64,000 nucleotides of DNA from an uncultured Candidatus Saccharibacteria bacterium. GTDB taxonomy: Bacteria > Patescibacteriota > Dojkabacteria > SC72. The translations under genes were made by a program, and so were the position numbers. The notes under the pieces were generated by a model that saw only the letters and a program-made list of their open reading frames with translations, was not told the origin of the DNA and ran no database searches. The stretch lies in contig CAZSUV010000001.1 of NCBI GenBank assembly GCA_964610125.1, forward strand, positions 184,035-248,034, read 5' to 3'. This document shows positions 1-10,664 of this stretch, piece by piece (positions within the stretch are counted from its first letter, which is position 1; each line of letters opens with the position of its first letter).

Positions 1-921
1 CTTGAGCTTGGAGGATTTGACGCCTCTACAAAATTAATAAGTAACTATTTCCCAAAATGGAAAATATCAAATTATAGTGAAGATTTAAGAAAGTCAGATT
101 GGAATATAAAAAGTAACGAATTTGATTTGATATTAAATATGGAGGTAGTCGAACACTTAACTGATCAGTATGTAGAAAAAACAGATAATCCTGAATATTG
201 TTATGATTACAACGGCAAATTTATTTATTCGGGTGTAATAAATTGTTTGTTAGAATCTAATAGAGTCCTTAAAGAAAATGGAAGAATGTTCTTATCTACG
301 CCGAATGGCTTGAGCTATTTAAATATGCACAAGATGCTTATTGGAGATCCTTCGCATCAATGGCTCAATCATATTAGAGAATATAGTATTGACGAACTAA
401 CAGATCTTTTTGCAAAAACTGGTTTGAAAGTGAATAACTTGGAATGTGTAGAAGTACTATGTGCTGATTGGGATTTTTCATATATTGATAAGGTTCTTGA
501 ATTAACAAATGCCAAAAAAGAAAACAGATGGTCTAATTTATTCTTTGATATAGAAATTAAGGAAAAAAACAAAAAGGAAATAATAATTAAAAAAAATATT
601 TTTAGTAAAAATAAGCTTTTTGACCATTCGATTGAAAATAATTTATTGGATAAGGAAAAAGAATTACTTAATGATAAGAATACAGTTGTAGACTTGAAAC
701 AGAAGCTGCAAGATGAACAAGAAATAAATGCAAAACCAACAGAACAGGGACGTATTATTCAAGAAAAGAATCTTATTATAAAACAAAGAGAATTACAAAT
801 AAAAGAGATAAATCAAAAGTATGAGTCATCAGTCTCTGAATATAATCGAATAAAGGATTCGTTAAGTTGGAAAATACTTAAACCGATTAGATTTGTAATA
901 AAATTAATATTAAAAAGATAG
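1..921 (+). CDS. Class I SAM-dependent methyltransferase with C-terminal coiled coil (glycan chain-capping type); 5' end lies outside the window
   Basis: Frame is open from base 1 (LELGGFD, motif I-like). Also FDLILNMEVVEHL and LSTPN motifs, and a K/E/Q-rich coiled coil ending SLSWKILKPIR. Confidence 0.75.
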   Translation, partial: LELGGFDASTKLISNYFPKWKISNYSEDLRKSDWNIKSNEFDLILNMEVVEHLTDQYVEKTDNPEYCYDYNGKFIYSGVINCLLESNRVLKENGRMFLSTPNGLSYLNMHKMLIGDPSHQWLNHIREYSIDELTDLFAKTGLKVNNLECVEVLCADWDFSYIDKVLELTNAKKENRWSNLFFDIEIKEKNKKEIIIKKNIFSKNKLFDHSIENNLLDKEKELLNDKNTVVDLKQKLQDEQEINAKPTEQGRIIQEKNLIIKQRELQIKEINQKYESSVSEYNRIKDSLSWKILKPIRFVIKLILKR

Positions 922-927
922 CACAAC

Positions 928-3255
928 ATGCATCGACTGATTACATTAATCAAGAAAATAATAGCAAAGTTATTAGGCTTGGATAAAATATCTTCTGTTG
1001 TTTGGACAGAGACGACTAGCCCCAAAACAACGGTTTTTACGAAAAAGCCTGAGGATTTTAAATACTATGACAGCGTTGTAGATATAAGTAAATATAAGTA
1101 CAAGAAAAAGTATATGATTTCCTTGATCGCAACGATATTTAATGAAGAAAAGAACATAGAAGAATGGTTGGATTCTATAGCTATGCAGACTGTGTTGCCA
1201 GATGAGGTTGTAATTGTAGATGGTGGATCAAGAGATAAAACTGTAGAGGTTGTGAATAATTATATTAAGACAAGCAAGCTAAAAATAAAGTTAATCGTAA
1301 ATCCATGTGCAGTCGCCCAAGGGAGGAACATTGCAATACAAAACTCAAACTATGAAATAATCGCAATTACGGATGCAGGTACAAAGCTGGACAAAAACTG
1401 GTTAGAGTATCTTGTTATTCCGTTTGAAGTGGACGAAAAAATTCAAGTAGTTAGCGGCTGGTATAATGCAAAAATTGAAAACATGTTCGATAGAGCAGTT
1501 GCGGATTATACATTGGTGAACGATGTGAAAGATCTCAGTATAAAAGAATTTCTTCCATCCTCGCGTTCAATAGCTGTTAAGAAGATTTATATGGAGATGA
1601 TTAATTATTATCCAGAATGGTGTACCCTTTCAGGCGAGGATACGCAAATGGATCTAAAGTTAAAAAAATGTTGTGAGCATTGGGGATTTGTACCAGATGC
1701 TATTGCTACGTGGGGAATGAGAAATTCATATAAGAAATTAAGACAGCAATATTTTTGGTGGGGAAGGGGAAGCGCTGAGATTGAGTTCAATTCTGATTAT
1801 TATAAGTATCTTAGAAATTCATATATTACTAAGATACTGCTACTCCTAGGGGTTGCCCTTCTAGCTGCATGGGGTATGACAGCTTTGGTTACCAGTTCTT
1901 GGGGTATTAATATTTGGCTTTTGATAATATTTTTAATAGTTTGTATTCTCGAAAGTACGAGTCTTTTTCTGTTTCTTTGGTTAAGGTATGGAAAGCGTAA
2001 GAATCTTTCTATTAGACAGTATATGACTGCTCTTGCTGTTAAGTTGAGTGTTGATTATGGAAATATAATAGGATTTAGACAGGGATTAATAAATCGACCA
2101 AGTCTTATGAAAAAGAAATTCATAGATCAGATTGGAAATGCCTATATTTTATTTACCTCTTACTCTGTTAATGACAAAAGATTTGACGCCAAGATATTAG
2201 ATCAGATTCAGGAATCATGTAGAAAGAATATTAGAGTAATAAATATTTATTGCTTAGCAAATAATAAAGACAAACCATTTTATTGTGATTTTAACCCCGA
2301 TTATTTTGAGGAATATTCTGTAGATACATTTGATGAAAAAGATTTTGCCTACTCAAATAAATTTGTTTTAACAAGAAATTTTAGAATAATATCGTTTATT
2401 AATAGTAGCAAAGCTCTAAGCATAATGAAATCTTTAGGTAAGAGGCTTAGAACCTTATGTACAATTGTTGTTAGCAAATATAATCTTCAGCAATCATCAA
2501 ACGATCTTACATTTAAGTCTGAATATGAGACTCTAAAATTTGCAGATGTAATATTTGTAAAAGATATAAATGAAACCAAGTATTTTAGAACATTGCTAGA
2601 AGATAAATGTAATTGTGTTTTATATGATAAATTAAATTTTGATGTTTTCAATAACTATTTTCATCAAGAATTATCGTATAAAGAAAGATTTGTAAGAGCA
2701 AAACAATTTAGATTCTTTGTCGGTCTAAAATTTTACCTAGCAAATCATTTGTTTGCTAAGCAAGCAAGTTATAGGTTGAGACATTGGTATTTGAAGAAGT
2801 TCTTAAGGTATAAAATTGGAGAGGATTCAAGTATACATATGAACTGCTTTTTCACTGGAGATAATATTGAAATTGGACGAAATACGGTCATAAATAGAAG
2901 AAGCTACTTTGATGGCAGAGTTGGTATTAAAATAGGTGATTTTGTAAACGTATCTCCAGAGGTCTATATGTTAACATTGCAACATGAGCCCAACGACATG
3001 TTCTTCTCATGTAAGGGTGGTAATATTGTGATAGATGACTATGTATGGATTGGTGTAAGAGCAATCATTCTACCGGGTGTGCATATCGGAGAAGGTGCTG
3101 TCGTTGCTGCAGGTGCAATTGTAACAAAGGATGTTGCACCATATACCATTGTGGCTGGAATTCCAGCAAAAGAGGTAAAAAAGAGAATGGATAATCTATT
3201 CTACACACCAAAGTATTTTCCATTCTTCGATACAGATATTATAGTTGATAAATAA
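928..3255 (+). CDS. GT2 glycosyltransferase fused to a C-terminal hexapeptide-repeat (LbH) O-acyltransferase
   Basis: N-terminal [19 protein letters not shown] and GED motifs; two hydrophobic helices; C-terminal [36 protein letters not shown]...GIPA. Confidence 0.85.
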   Translation: MHRLITLIKKIIAKLLGLDKISSVVWTETTSPKTTVFTKKPEDFKYYDSVVDISKYKYKKKYMISLIATIFNEEKNIEEWLDSIAMQTVLPDEVVIVDGGSRDKTVEVVNNYIKTSKLKIKLIVNPCAVAQGRNIAIQNSNYEIIAITDAGTKLDKNWLEYLVIPFEVDEKIQVVSGWYNAKIENMFDRAVADYTLVNDVKDLSIKEFLPSSRSIAVKKIYMEMINYYPEWCTLSGEDTQMDLKLKKCCEHWGFVPDAIATWGMRNSYKKLRQQYFWWGRGSAEIEFNSDYYKYLRNSYITKILLLLGVALLAAWGMTALVTSSWGINIWLLIIFLIVCILESTSLFLFLWLRYGKRKNLSIRQYMTALAVKLSVDYGNIIGFRQGLINRPSLMKKKFIDQIGNAYILFTSYSVNDKRFDAKILDQIQESCRKNIRVINIYCLANNKDKPFYCDFNPDYFEEYSVDTFDEKDFAYSNKFVLTRNFRIISFINSSKALSIMKSLGKRLRTLCTIVVSKYNLQQSSNDLTFKSEYETLKFADVIFVKDINETKYFRTLLEDKCNCVLYDKLNFDVFNNYFHQELSYKERFVRAKQFRFFVGLKFYLANHLFAKQASYRLRHWYLKKFLRYKIGEDSSIHMNCFFTGDNIEIGRNTVINRRSYFDGRVGIKIGDFVNVSPEVYMLTLQHEPNDMFFSCKGGNIVIDDYVWIGVRAIILPGVHIGEGAVVAAGAIVTKDVAPYTIVAGIPAKEVKKRMDNLFYTPKYFPFFDTDIIVDK

Positions 3256-3260
3256 AAATT

Positions 3261-4499
3261 ATGCCAAAGAAAAACATATTAGTAATAACACCATTCCCAT
3301 TATACCCAGATAAATCTGGTGGCAGGATGGGAATTCTTTCATCGATAACACCCTTGGCAAACGAATATAATTATCATCTTTTAGCAGTGACTTCATCAGA
3401 GGAATTAAAGCAATTTGTAAATGATAGAGGGAAATTGCTAGAAAAATATTACAAAGTATTTAAAACGGTAACTTTTGTGGATAGGCCCGAAATACCTTGT
3501 GGTATGAATGGGAAATTTTCTAAACTAAAACATTATCTGAAACATATTTTATTGGGGTTACCACTTATGGATGTTTCTTATTATAGTGAGGATCTAATAA
3601 AAGAGATTAAAAAAATAGATAATATAAGGCACATTGATTTGTTAGAAGTGCATCATTTACATATGGCTTATGTGAAAAGGTTTTTTAGAAAAATGCCCGC
3701 TATATTAATCAACCATAATTTAGAAACAAAATTGTGGCCATTTTGGATAAATGAAAATGGTGGGATATTTACTTTTATCCTAAAAGTAATTCGCAAGTTC
3801 AATCGATATTATGGAAATAGGATAGAAATGAATAATGGGTTAAGATTTGATGCAAACGCGTATGTGTCACAGGAGGAAATGAGGACTGTGAATTTTGGAG
3901 ATAACAAATATTGGCTTCCAACTTCATTTGAACTTTTAAAAAACAGAAAAATCTTTAATAAAAAGAGATTGAGGTTATTATGGCTTGGTGGATTTGATTG
4001 GGGGCCAAATGTAGATGCGTGTACTTGGTTTCTAAGGGAAATTTGGCCATTAGTTTCTGACTTGGACATTGAAGTTCATTTAATTGGAAAAAATCCTTCA
4101 GAAAATCTGTTAAAGGCAGATGATAACAAAAAAGTATTTGTACATGGTTTCATTGAAGATATTACTGAGTATTTATCTGAAGCAGATATGTTTATTGTAC
4201 CATTGAGAGAAGGAGGAGGAATTAGGGTAAAAATATTAGAAGCGATGAATTGGGGTATTCCTGTTATTTCAACAAGTAAGGGTTGCGAAGGATTGCCATA
4301 TTCGTATGGGGAAAACATCCTAGTTGCAAATACTGCAACAGAATTTGCTGAATGTATAAATCAATTATATAAGAGTCAAACTTTGAAGGAAGAACTGAGT
4401 AAGAATGGAAGAATATATTTGAAAGAGAACCACAGCCGAGAGGTTATTGGAAATAAGAAGCGAGAAATTTATAATTTTGTATTTAATAAAAGAGATTAA
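3261..4499 (+). CDS. GT4 glycosyltransferase
   Basis: GGGIRVKILEAMNWGIPVISTSKGCEG; N-terminal PFPLYP...SGG. Confidence 0.9.
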   Translation: MPKKNILVITPFPLYPDKSGGRMGILSSITPLANEYNYHLLAVTSSEELKQFVNDRGKLLEKYYKVFKTVTFVDRPEIPCGMNGKFSKLKHYLKHILLGLPLMDVSYYSEDLIKEIKKIDNIRHIDLLEVHHLHMAYVKRFFRKMPAILINHNLETKLWPFWINENGGIFTFILKVIRKFNRYYGNRIEMNNGLRFDANAYVSQEEMRTVNFGDNKYWLPTSFELLKNRKIFNKKRLRLLWLGGFDWGPNVDACTWFLREIWPLVSDLDIEVHLIGKNPSENLLKADDNKKVFVHGFIEDITEYLSEADMFIVPLREGGGIRVKILEAMNWGIPVISTSKGCEGLPYSYGENILVANTATEFAECINQLYKSQTLKEELSKNGRIYLKENHSREVIGNKKREIYNFVFNKRD

Positions 4500-4517
4500 A
4501 TTTATTATTGGTAATCT

Positions 4518-5162
4518 ATGAAAAAAAGAACACAAGCAATTCTTGATGAACTCGTGTCCAGATATCCAGCATTAGAAGCAAATGTAACAGATTTGTTAAA
4601 AGCTCTAGCCATCCTTCTTGAATGTCATATGAATGGAAATAAAATTCTGATTTGTGGTAATGGAGGAAGTGCCGCTGATGCAGAACATATTTCAGGAGAA
4701 TTAGTTAAAGGGTTTATGCTAAGAAGAAATAGCTCTCAAATTGATGTTGAAAAATTCAACAAGTTGGGAGATGAGGGGCAACATTTAATAGAGAATTTAC
4801 AACAGGGTATAAGAGCTATTCCACTGTCGTCATTTTCTTCAGGAATGACAGCATATATGAATGATATGGAACCAAACTTGGTTTATGCTCAATTAACATA
4901 TGCATTAGGTATGAATGGCGATGTTTTATTACCTATCTCTACCTCGGGCAATTCAAAAAATACCTATTTTGCGGCCTTAGTTGCAAAAGCCATGGGAATG
5001 AAAACAATTGCATTATCAGGAAAAACCGGTGGAAAACTTAATGATATTTGTGATGTGTGTATAAAAGTTCCCGAAAGTGAGACTTTTAAAATTCAGGAAC
5101 TTCATCTTCCAATCTATCATTTCCTTTGCTCGGCTTTAGAATCAGAGCTTTTTGAAATGTAA
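4518..5162 (+). CDS. gmhA: Phosphoheptose (sedoheptulose-7-phosphate) isomerase, SIS domain
   Basis: CGNGGSAADAEH, ISTSGNSKN and IQELH motifs. Confidence 0.9.
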   Translation: MKKRTQAILDELVSRYPALEANVTDLLKALAILLECHMNGNKILICGNGGSAADAEHISGELVKGFMLRRNSSQIDVEKFNKLGDEGQHLIENLQQGIRAIPLSSFSSGMTAYMNDMEPNLVYAQLTYALGMNGDVLLPISTSGNSKNTYFAALVAKAMGMKTIALSGKTGGKLNDICDVCIKVPESETFKIQELHLPIYHFLCSALESELFEM

Positions 5163-5187
5163 CTAAACTAAGCATGCTTTTTCCGCT

Positions 5188-6303
5188 ATGCAAACCCTTC
5201 TTTTCATTTTCGGTACCCGTCCAGAAGCCGTTAAAATGGCTCCCTTAATTAAAGAATGTGAGAAATACCCAAATGATTTCAATGTAAAAATAGCAGTAAC
5301 AGGTCAACATAGAGAAATGTTAGATCAAGTATTAGAATTCTTTAAGATAACTCCTGATTATGATCTCAATCTAATGAAACCCAATCAAACACTCTTTGAT
5401 GTAACAGCAGATGCATTAAGAGGAATGAACGATATCATAGATGAAGTAAAACCAGACCTAATCATAGTACAAGGAGATACAACTACCGTATTCACAGGAG
5501 CATTAGCAGGATATTACAAGAAGGTAAAGGTCGCACACCTAGAAGCAGGCTTAAGAACAGGAGATAAATATTCACCATTCCCAGAAGAAATGAATAGAAT
5601 ACTAACAGGACATATAGCTGATTACCATTGGGCACCAACAGAACAAGCTAGAAAGAACCTCATACTAGAAAATATAAAGGACGAGAATATACACGTAGTA
5701 CAAAATACTGTCATAGATGCATTGTTCTTAGGATTAGATTTAATCAAAGAACAAGGAGATACCAAATACCAAGAATTCTTTAAGGATATAGATTTTAGTA
5801 AGAAGGTTGTACTAGTAACAGCACACAGAAGAGAAAGCTTTGGAGAACCATTTGAAAATATCTGTAATGCCATAAAAGAACTCTCAACAGAACACCCAGA
5901 TGTGGAGTTTGTATATCCAGTACATTTAAATCCCAACGTAAGGGAAGTGGTATACCGAATACTATCCAATATCCCTAATGTACATCTCTTAGAGCCCCTA
6001 GATTATCCGTATATGCTATGGATAATGAATAGGGCATATATAGTACTTACGGACTCTGGTGGTATACAGGAAGAAGCTCCAGCTCTTGGTAAACCAGTAT
6101 TAGTTCTTAGAAACGATACTGAAAGACCAGAGGGTATATCTGCAGGTACTGCTAAGTTAGTAGGCACAGACAAAGAGAAGATATTGGAAGAAGCAAATAC
6201 TCTCTTAAACAATACAGAAGCATATGACAAGATGGCTCATGCAGTTAATCCATATGGTGATGGAAAAGCATCTGCAAGAATAGTTGAATTACTTAAACAA
6301 TAA
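5188..6303 (+). CDS. wecB: UDP-N-acetylglucosamine 2-epimerase (non-hydrolysing)
   Basis: FGTRPEAVKMAP, QGDTTT, HLEAGLRT, TDSGGIQEEAP and NPYGDG motifs. Confidence 0.96.
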   Translation: MQTLLFIFGTRPEAVKMAPLIKECEKYPNDFNVKIAVTGQHREMLDQVLEFFKITPDYDLNLMKPNQTLFDVTADALRGMNDIIDEVKPDLIIVQGDTTTVFTGALAGYYKKVKVAHLEAGLRTGDKYSPFPEEMNRILTGHIADYHWAPTEQARKNLILENIKDENIHVVQNTVIDALFLGLDLIKEQGDTKYQEFFKDIDFSKKVVLVTAHRRESFGEPFENICNAIKELSTEHPDVEFVYPVHLNPNVREVVYRILSNIPNVHLLEPLDYPYMLWIMNRAYIVLTDSGGIQEEAPALGKPVLVLRNDTERPEGISAGTAKLVGTDKEKILEEANTLLNNTEAYDKMAHAVNPYGDGKASARIVELLKQ

Positions 6304-6305
6304 TC

Positions 6306-6851
6306 ATGAATAAAAAGTATTACCTTAAATTCTGGTTAAAACAGAATAAAAATGAACTCATTACTGAAAGTTACCCAACGGTATTTGAAGTAAATTGGGA
6401 TGAATTAAGGAAGAAAGGTGCTGAGTTACTAGTATTTGATGTAGATGACACTCTATGTGGACATCAAGATAATATAACTGAGAAGAGTATCCAACTACTA
6501 AAGGGACTTCAATTAAAAGGATTTAAAATCGCATTCTTTTCAAACTCAAAGGAAGAAAGAAGGCAGGTAAAGAAAGTGGCCAAAGATTTCAATATATTTG
6601 TATTTCTAAATAGTGATAAACCAAACCCTACGAACCTTGGAATAGTACTGTCTGAAATGAAAATGAAATCATCCCAATGTGCGGTAATAGGGGATAAGGT
6701 TTCGACAGATCTATTCACTGCATATCAAATAGGGATACCTAATAGGATATTGGTAACACGACCATACTCTGAGGTATACGGTGGGAGTAAACCAGGGTTG
6801 GTATATAGATTGATGAGAAAAGTAGACAACTTCTTTTCTACAAATAACTAA
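6306..6851 (+). CDS. YqeG-like HAD subfamily IIIA phosphatase
   Basis: DVDDTL motif I, SN, KP and IGDKVSTD motifs. Confidence 0.8.
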   Translation: MNKKYYLKFWLKQNKNELITESYPTVFEVNWDELRKKGAELLVFDVDDTLCGHQDNITEKSIQLLKGLQLKGFKIAFFSNSKEERRQVKKVAKDFNIFVFLNSDKPNPTNLGIVLSEMKMKSSQCAVIGDKVSTDLFTAYQIGIPNRILVTRPYSEVYGGSKPGLVYRLMRKVDNFFSTNN

Positions 6852-6855
6852 TTAG

Positions 6856-7626
6856 TTATTTCTTCCTCAACTTAAACATTCCTAAAGAATATTCATTCTT
6901 CTTAAAACTCTTAACCTTAATATCCCTATGTAACTTCCCATCATCATCAACCATATTAAATTCAACCAATTCAAAACCCTTAAAATATTTCAATATAGTT
7001 AATGGATTCCAAACATGATGAGCATTAAAACAAATCCTCTCCCTTCCTATGGGAGTAGAAAGGTAAAGAAAACCCCCAGGTTTAACAACTCGCCCCAATT
7101 CCTTACAAGCAACCTCAGGACCATTAACATCAAGTTTGTCTCCATATCTACCCAAACCAATATGCTCAATAACATGCAAACAAGAAACCGATTCCAATTG
7201 GTTATCCTTAAAAGGAAGATTCTCAATATCCCCCTCTAACAAATTCAAATTCTCAATATCAGCCTGAATAGGTCTAAGATCAATGAAATGAGCTTTCGTA
7301 ATACCAGCAAGATAGCAACTCATCTGATATGTAGAACCAACATCATAGTGATCCTTAGGCTTAATCTTGTTTACATTGTTGAACACCCAAATCTGTTGAT
7401 ACAAATAGTGATAGTCAACACCAGTATTCTTAGTCTTGTCATCAAGCATAGGATACAAGTCCAAGTTGATTAACCATGACTTAGACCTAACCATATACTT
7501 AAACAAAGAAACAACATATCCAGGTAAACCCCTTAAAGAATTCAAAACCTTTTGTAAATCAATAAAAGGAAGAAAACCATGATATATAAATTGGACTAAT
7601 CTAGATTGTTTAGGAGATTTGCTCAT
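6856..7626 (-). CDS. DUF268-like SAM-dependent methyltransferase
   Basis: DVGS and HVIEHIGLGRYGD motifs. Start placed at ATG 7626 (MSKSPK), giving a short overlap with the upstream GT4. Confidence 0.75.
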   Translation of the reverse strand: MSKSPKQSRLVQFIYHGFLPFIDLQKVLNSLRGLPGYVVSLFKYMVRSKSWLINLDLYPMLDDKTKNTGVDYHYLYQQIWVFNNVNKIKPKDHYDVGSTYQMSCYLAGITKAHFIDLRPIQADIENLNLLEGDIENLPFKDNQLESVSCLHVIEHIGLGRYGDKLDVNGPEVACKELGRVVKPGGFLYLSTPIGRERICFNAHHVWNPLTILKYFKGFELVEFNMVDDDGKLHRDIKVKSFKKNEYSLGMFKLRKK

Positions 7627-8731
7627 ACTTTTTAATATTTTCTTTCCAATTAAATTTATTTTTAGCAGTATTGTATATATCTTTGTAAATCTTAACCTCA
7701 TCATCCCAGTTCTCCATAATATGGACAATATCATTCTTAATAGCTCTTCCAGAAAGATTCCCCAATGGGATCAATCTCTCCTGAGGAATAATCTCCTTAG
7801 TACCACCCACATCAGTAGCTACAATAAATAATCCATTGGCTAAACCTTCTAAAACAGTAGTAGGCAAACCCTCCGTATATGACGGATTTATGAAAATATC
7901 ATACTTCGAGAATTGCTTCTGTGTCTCTTCAAATGGAAGCAATCCCATCATACTAATATGCCCAGAAAGATTATTGTCCTTAACCAACCGCTTAATATTG
8001 CTCATCTCGGAACCGTCACCAATAATTGTGAGGGCAAAAGGAATACGATTCTCATTCATGGATACACACGCATCTATCAATTCATAAATCCCTTTGGAAC
8101 GAATTATTCTTCCTACAAAAAGAAGTTTAAGAATTTCTGGTTTTCTCTTGTTTGGAAATATATCTAATGGAAATGGATATGAGTTGTATATTGTTGGCCC
8201 ATATTTCAACTTTGAATATCTAGACTGTAGGAACTCTCTTACACTATCACTAATTGGGAATATTAATTTAGAATTTCTTAAAATATATCCAGCTAAGAAG
8301 AAATCAAAAATCCATGCACAAAGTCTTACAAACAATGATCCATCTTTTACGAAAGAAGAACCATGCTCAAAGTGGTAATGGATTAAATGATTGCGTTTGG
8401 CAATAAATGTGGCTATCCAGTTATTAAGATAGAAACGGGTATGGGTGTGTATCTCTGGATTATTTCCTTGGTTCTCTTTTATTACTTCAACAATCTGTTT
8501 CAAACCACTTGGAGTAGGAATGTAATACTTTCCTTTTACCATCTCTATACAATCAATACGTAGAATATCTGTATTACCATTTGTTTCAATCTCAGCAAGC
8601 TTCTTGTCATATCTCGATGTAATTACCAAGACTTTTTTGTTTGAAAGATTTTTGTAGAAGTTTTCTACGTATTTCTCTAATCCTCCTACGTGTGGTTTGT
8701 ATAGATGGGCAAAAACAATAATGTCGTACAT
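7610..8731 (-). CDS. GT4 glycosyltransferase
   Basis: PHVGGLE, FVGRIIRSKG and EGLPTTVLEGLA motifs. Confidence 0.9.
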   Translation of the reverse strand: MYDIIVFAHLYKPHVGGLEKYVENFYKNLSNKKVLVITSRYDKKLAEIETNGNTDILRIDCIEMVKGKYYIPTPSGLKQIVEVIKENQGNNPEIHTHTRFYLNNWIATFIAKRNHLIHYHFEHGSSFVKDGSLFVRLCAWIFDFFLAGYILRNSKLIFPISDSVREFLQSRYSKLKYGPTIYNSYPFPLDIFPNKRKPEILKLLFVGRIIRSKGIYELIDACVSMNENRIPFALTIIGDGSEMSNIKRLVKDNNLSGHISMMGLLPFEETQKQFSKYDIFINPSYTEGLPTTVLEGLANGLFIVATDVGGTKEIIPQERLIPLGNLSGRAIKNDIVHIMENWDDEVKIYKDIYNTAKNKFNWKENIKKYEQIS

Positions 8732-8735
8732 ATGG

Positions 8736-9557
8736 TTATTTTCTTAATACAGTAGATATGAATCGCCAAAGCTTGGCTGGAATAAAGTAGGCAATGAACA
8801 ATCTTGCAAGATGGGTACACTTTGTTTTGAAGGTAATAGGGTATTTGTAGTTAAGGTGACCATCTAATGCGCAGTAAAGAGTTGCAAGATGCATATCCAT
8901 AGGATCTTTTGCAGTTAAACTGGTATTTACAACACGATACTTTATTAATACATCTTCAAGATTACCAAGTTGTCCTTTTGATGCCATCTTCATGGTTAAT
9001 AGGTAATCTTCAGAAGTATTTATACCTCCATATCCACCAACCTCTAAGAATGTTTCTCTTCTGTAAATCATTGCAGAATGAACCATAGGGTTGAATTGAA
9101 GGAGAACCTTCATTATTTCAGCATGCGTAGTAGGGAAGTGAGTTCGGTTTTTTACATTCATACTCTCATCACACATCTCCATATTTCCACTTGAGAGTAC
9201 TACTTCTGGATGTGCATCCATATATTCAACCTGTTTAGCAATTCTATCTGGATAGCTCCAATCATCAGAATCCTGCTTTACAATATATTCGCCTCTAGCT
9301 TCTTTAATGCCTCTATTCGCAGCAGCGGATACTCGGAGATTTTTTTCATTTTCAATGATCTTAATTCGGTTATCTTTCTTTTGGTATTTTTTCAATATTT
9401 CCAATGTCCCATCCGTAGAACAGTCGTTCACAAGTATTAATTCAAAGTCTTTAAAGGTTTGGTGGAGTAATCCTTCAATTGCCTCTCCTACATATTTCTC
9501 TGCATTGTAAATTGGAATGACAATGGATACCCTAGGCGCTTTAAACATCTTTTTCAT
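8736..9557 (-). CDS. GT2 glycosyltransferase
   Basis: VSIVIPIYNAEKY, VNDCSTD, QDSDD and EDY motifs. Confidence 0.92.
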   Translation of the reverse strand: MKKMFKAPRVSIVIPIYNAEKYVGEAIEGLLHQTFKDFELILVNDCSTDGTLEILKKYQKKDNRIKIIENEKNLRVSAAANRGIKEARGEYIVKQDSDDWSYPDRIAKQVEYMDAHPEVVLSSGNMEMCDESMNVKNRTHFPTTHAEIMKVLLQFNPMVHSAMIYRRETFLEVGGYGGINTSEDYLLTMKMASKGQLGNLEDVLIKYRVVNTSLTAKDPMDMHLATLYCALDGHLNYKYPITFKTKCTHLARLFIAYFIPAKLWRFISTVLRK

Positions 9558-9888
9558 CTTTTGAATTTATATCCTTTAAAGCAATCTTTCTATTCAACGT
9601 AGTTATATCTTTACTAACCTCATTCATTTTAAGCTTTTGTACAAAGGATGCATAGATGAGGTAGACGATAGCTACGTAGACAAAGGCATCAATACTTCTT
9701 CCTACACCAAAGCTTAAACCAATGAGATCAATTAGGTGTGGGAACCAAATTAGAACTAATCCAGCTATCCAACATATAACCCAAATCGTTAGGGCGAGGG
9801 GAGTTAAAACCTTTTTCTTAAATGATGAATACAGGTTAGGAAGAACAAAGAGGAGTACACCGATAGTTACTAATATTTGTAGAACCAT
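9541..9888 (-). CDS. DUF2304-family small membrane protein
   Basis: Three TM helices, GVGRSID motif and ITTLNRKIAL tail; follows a DPM1-like GT2, the usual context. Confidence 0.75.
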   Translation of the reverse strand: MVLQILVTIGVLLFVLPNLYSSFKKKVLTPLALTIWVICWIAGLVLIWFPHLIDLIGLSFGVGRSIDAFVYVAIVYLIYASFVQKLKMNEVSKDITTLNRKIALKDINSKDEKDV

Positions 9889-9896
9889 ATTATTAT

Positions 9897-10601
9897 TTAT
9901 TTAATTAAAGTATTTTCTATTAATCTAATAACCATTTTAATACCATTTAGCAAACCTTGTGCAGAAAAACCTTCATGATGTTTGTACTTGTTTAGTGAAT
10001 AGTCAGTATATATTACCTTAATTGGAACTTCTTTTATCTTTAATTTTGCATCTTTTATCTGTCCTAACATCTCGGATTCAAATTCATATCTATCCATCGA
10101 AGTGTATACAGATTCTAATGCCTTCTTTGAATATGCTCTGAATCCAGACTGACTGTCGGTTACTAATACTCCAAAGAATATATATGTAACCCAGTTGCCA
10201 ATCTTGTTCATGAGTATTCTAGATTTTGGCATTCCTTTTTCACCAAGCATTCTACTTCCTAAAACTACATCAGCTTTCTCTTCAAGAATTGGAGTTATGA
10301 GTTTTACAATGTCTTTTGGATTATGTTGACCGTCTGAATCTAATGTTACTGCAATATCTGCATTAAGTAATTTCGCAGCATCTAATCCTGTCTGGGTAGC
10401 CGCACCTTTTCCTCGATTAATTGTGTGTTTGAGAGTTATAGCTCCTGCGGATACACTTTCTTCATATGTATTATCTGCACTTCCATCATCTACAACAATT
10501 ATATTGTTATATCCTTCATTCTTAATACTTTGAATTACTTCTTTTATGACCTTTCCTTCGCAGTAAGCGGGTAGGACGATGTAGATATTTTTGTTATTCA
10601 T
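9897..10601 (-). CDS. Polyprenol-phosphate glycosyltransferase (DPM1-like GT2)
   Basis: VDDGSAD, NRGKGAA, DSDGQH and DSQSGFRAY motifs. Confidence 0.9.
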   Translation of the reverse strand: MNNKNIYIVLPAYCEGKVIKEVIQSIKNEGYNNIIVVDDGSADNTYEESVSAGAITLKHTINRGKGAATQTGLDAAKLLNADIAVTLDSDGQHNPKDIVKLITPILEEKADVVLGSRMLGEKGMPKSRILMNKIGNWVTYIFFGVLVTDSQSGFRAYSKKALESVYTSMDRYEFESEMLGQIKDAKLKIKEVPIKVIYTDYSLNKYKHHEGFSAQGLLNGIKMVIRLIENTLIK

Positions 10602-10664
10602 ATGCTTTGTCTATTATACATGATTGCCTGGAATATTTTGATATTGTACAATAGCCAGTATTAG

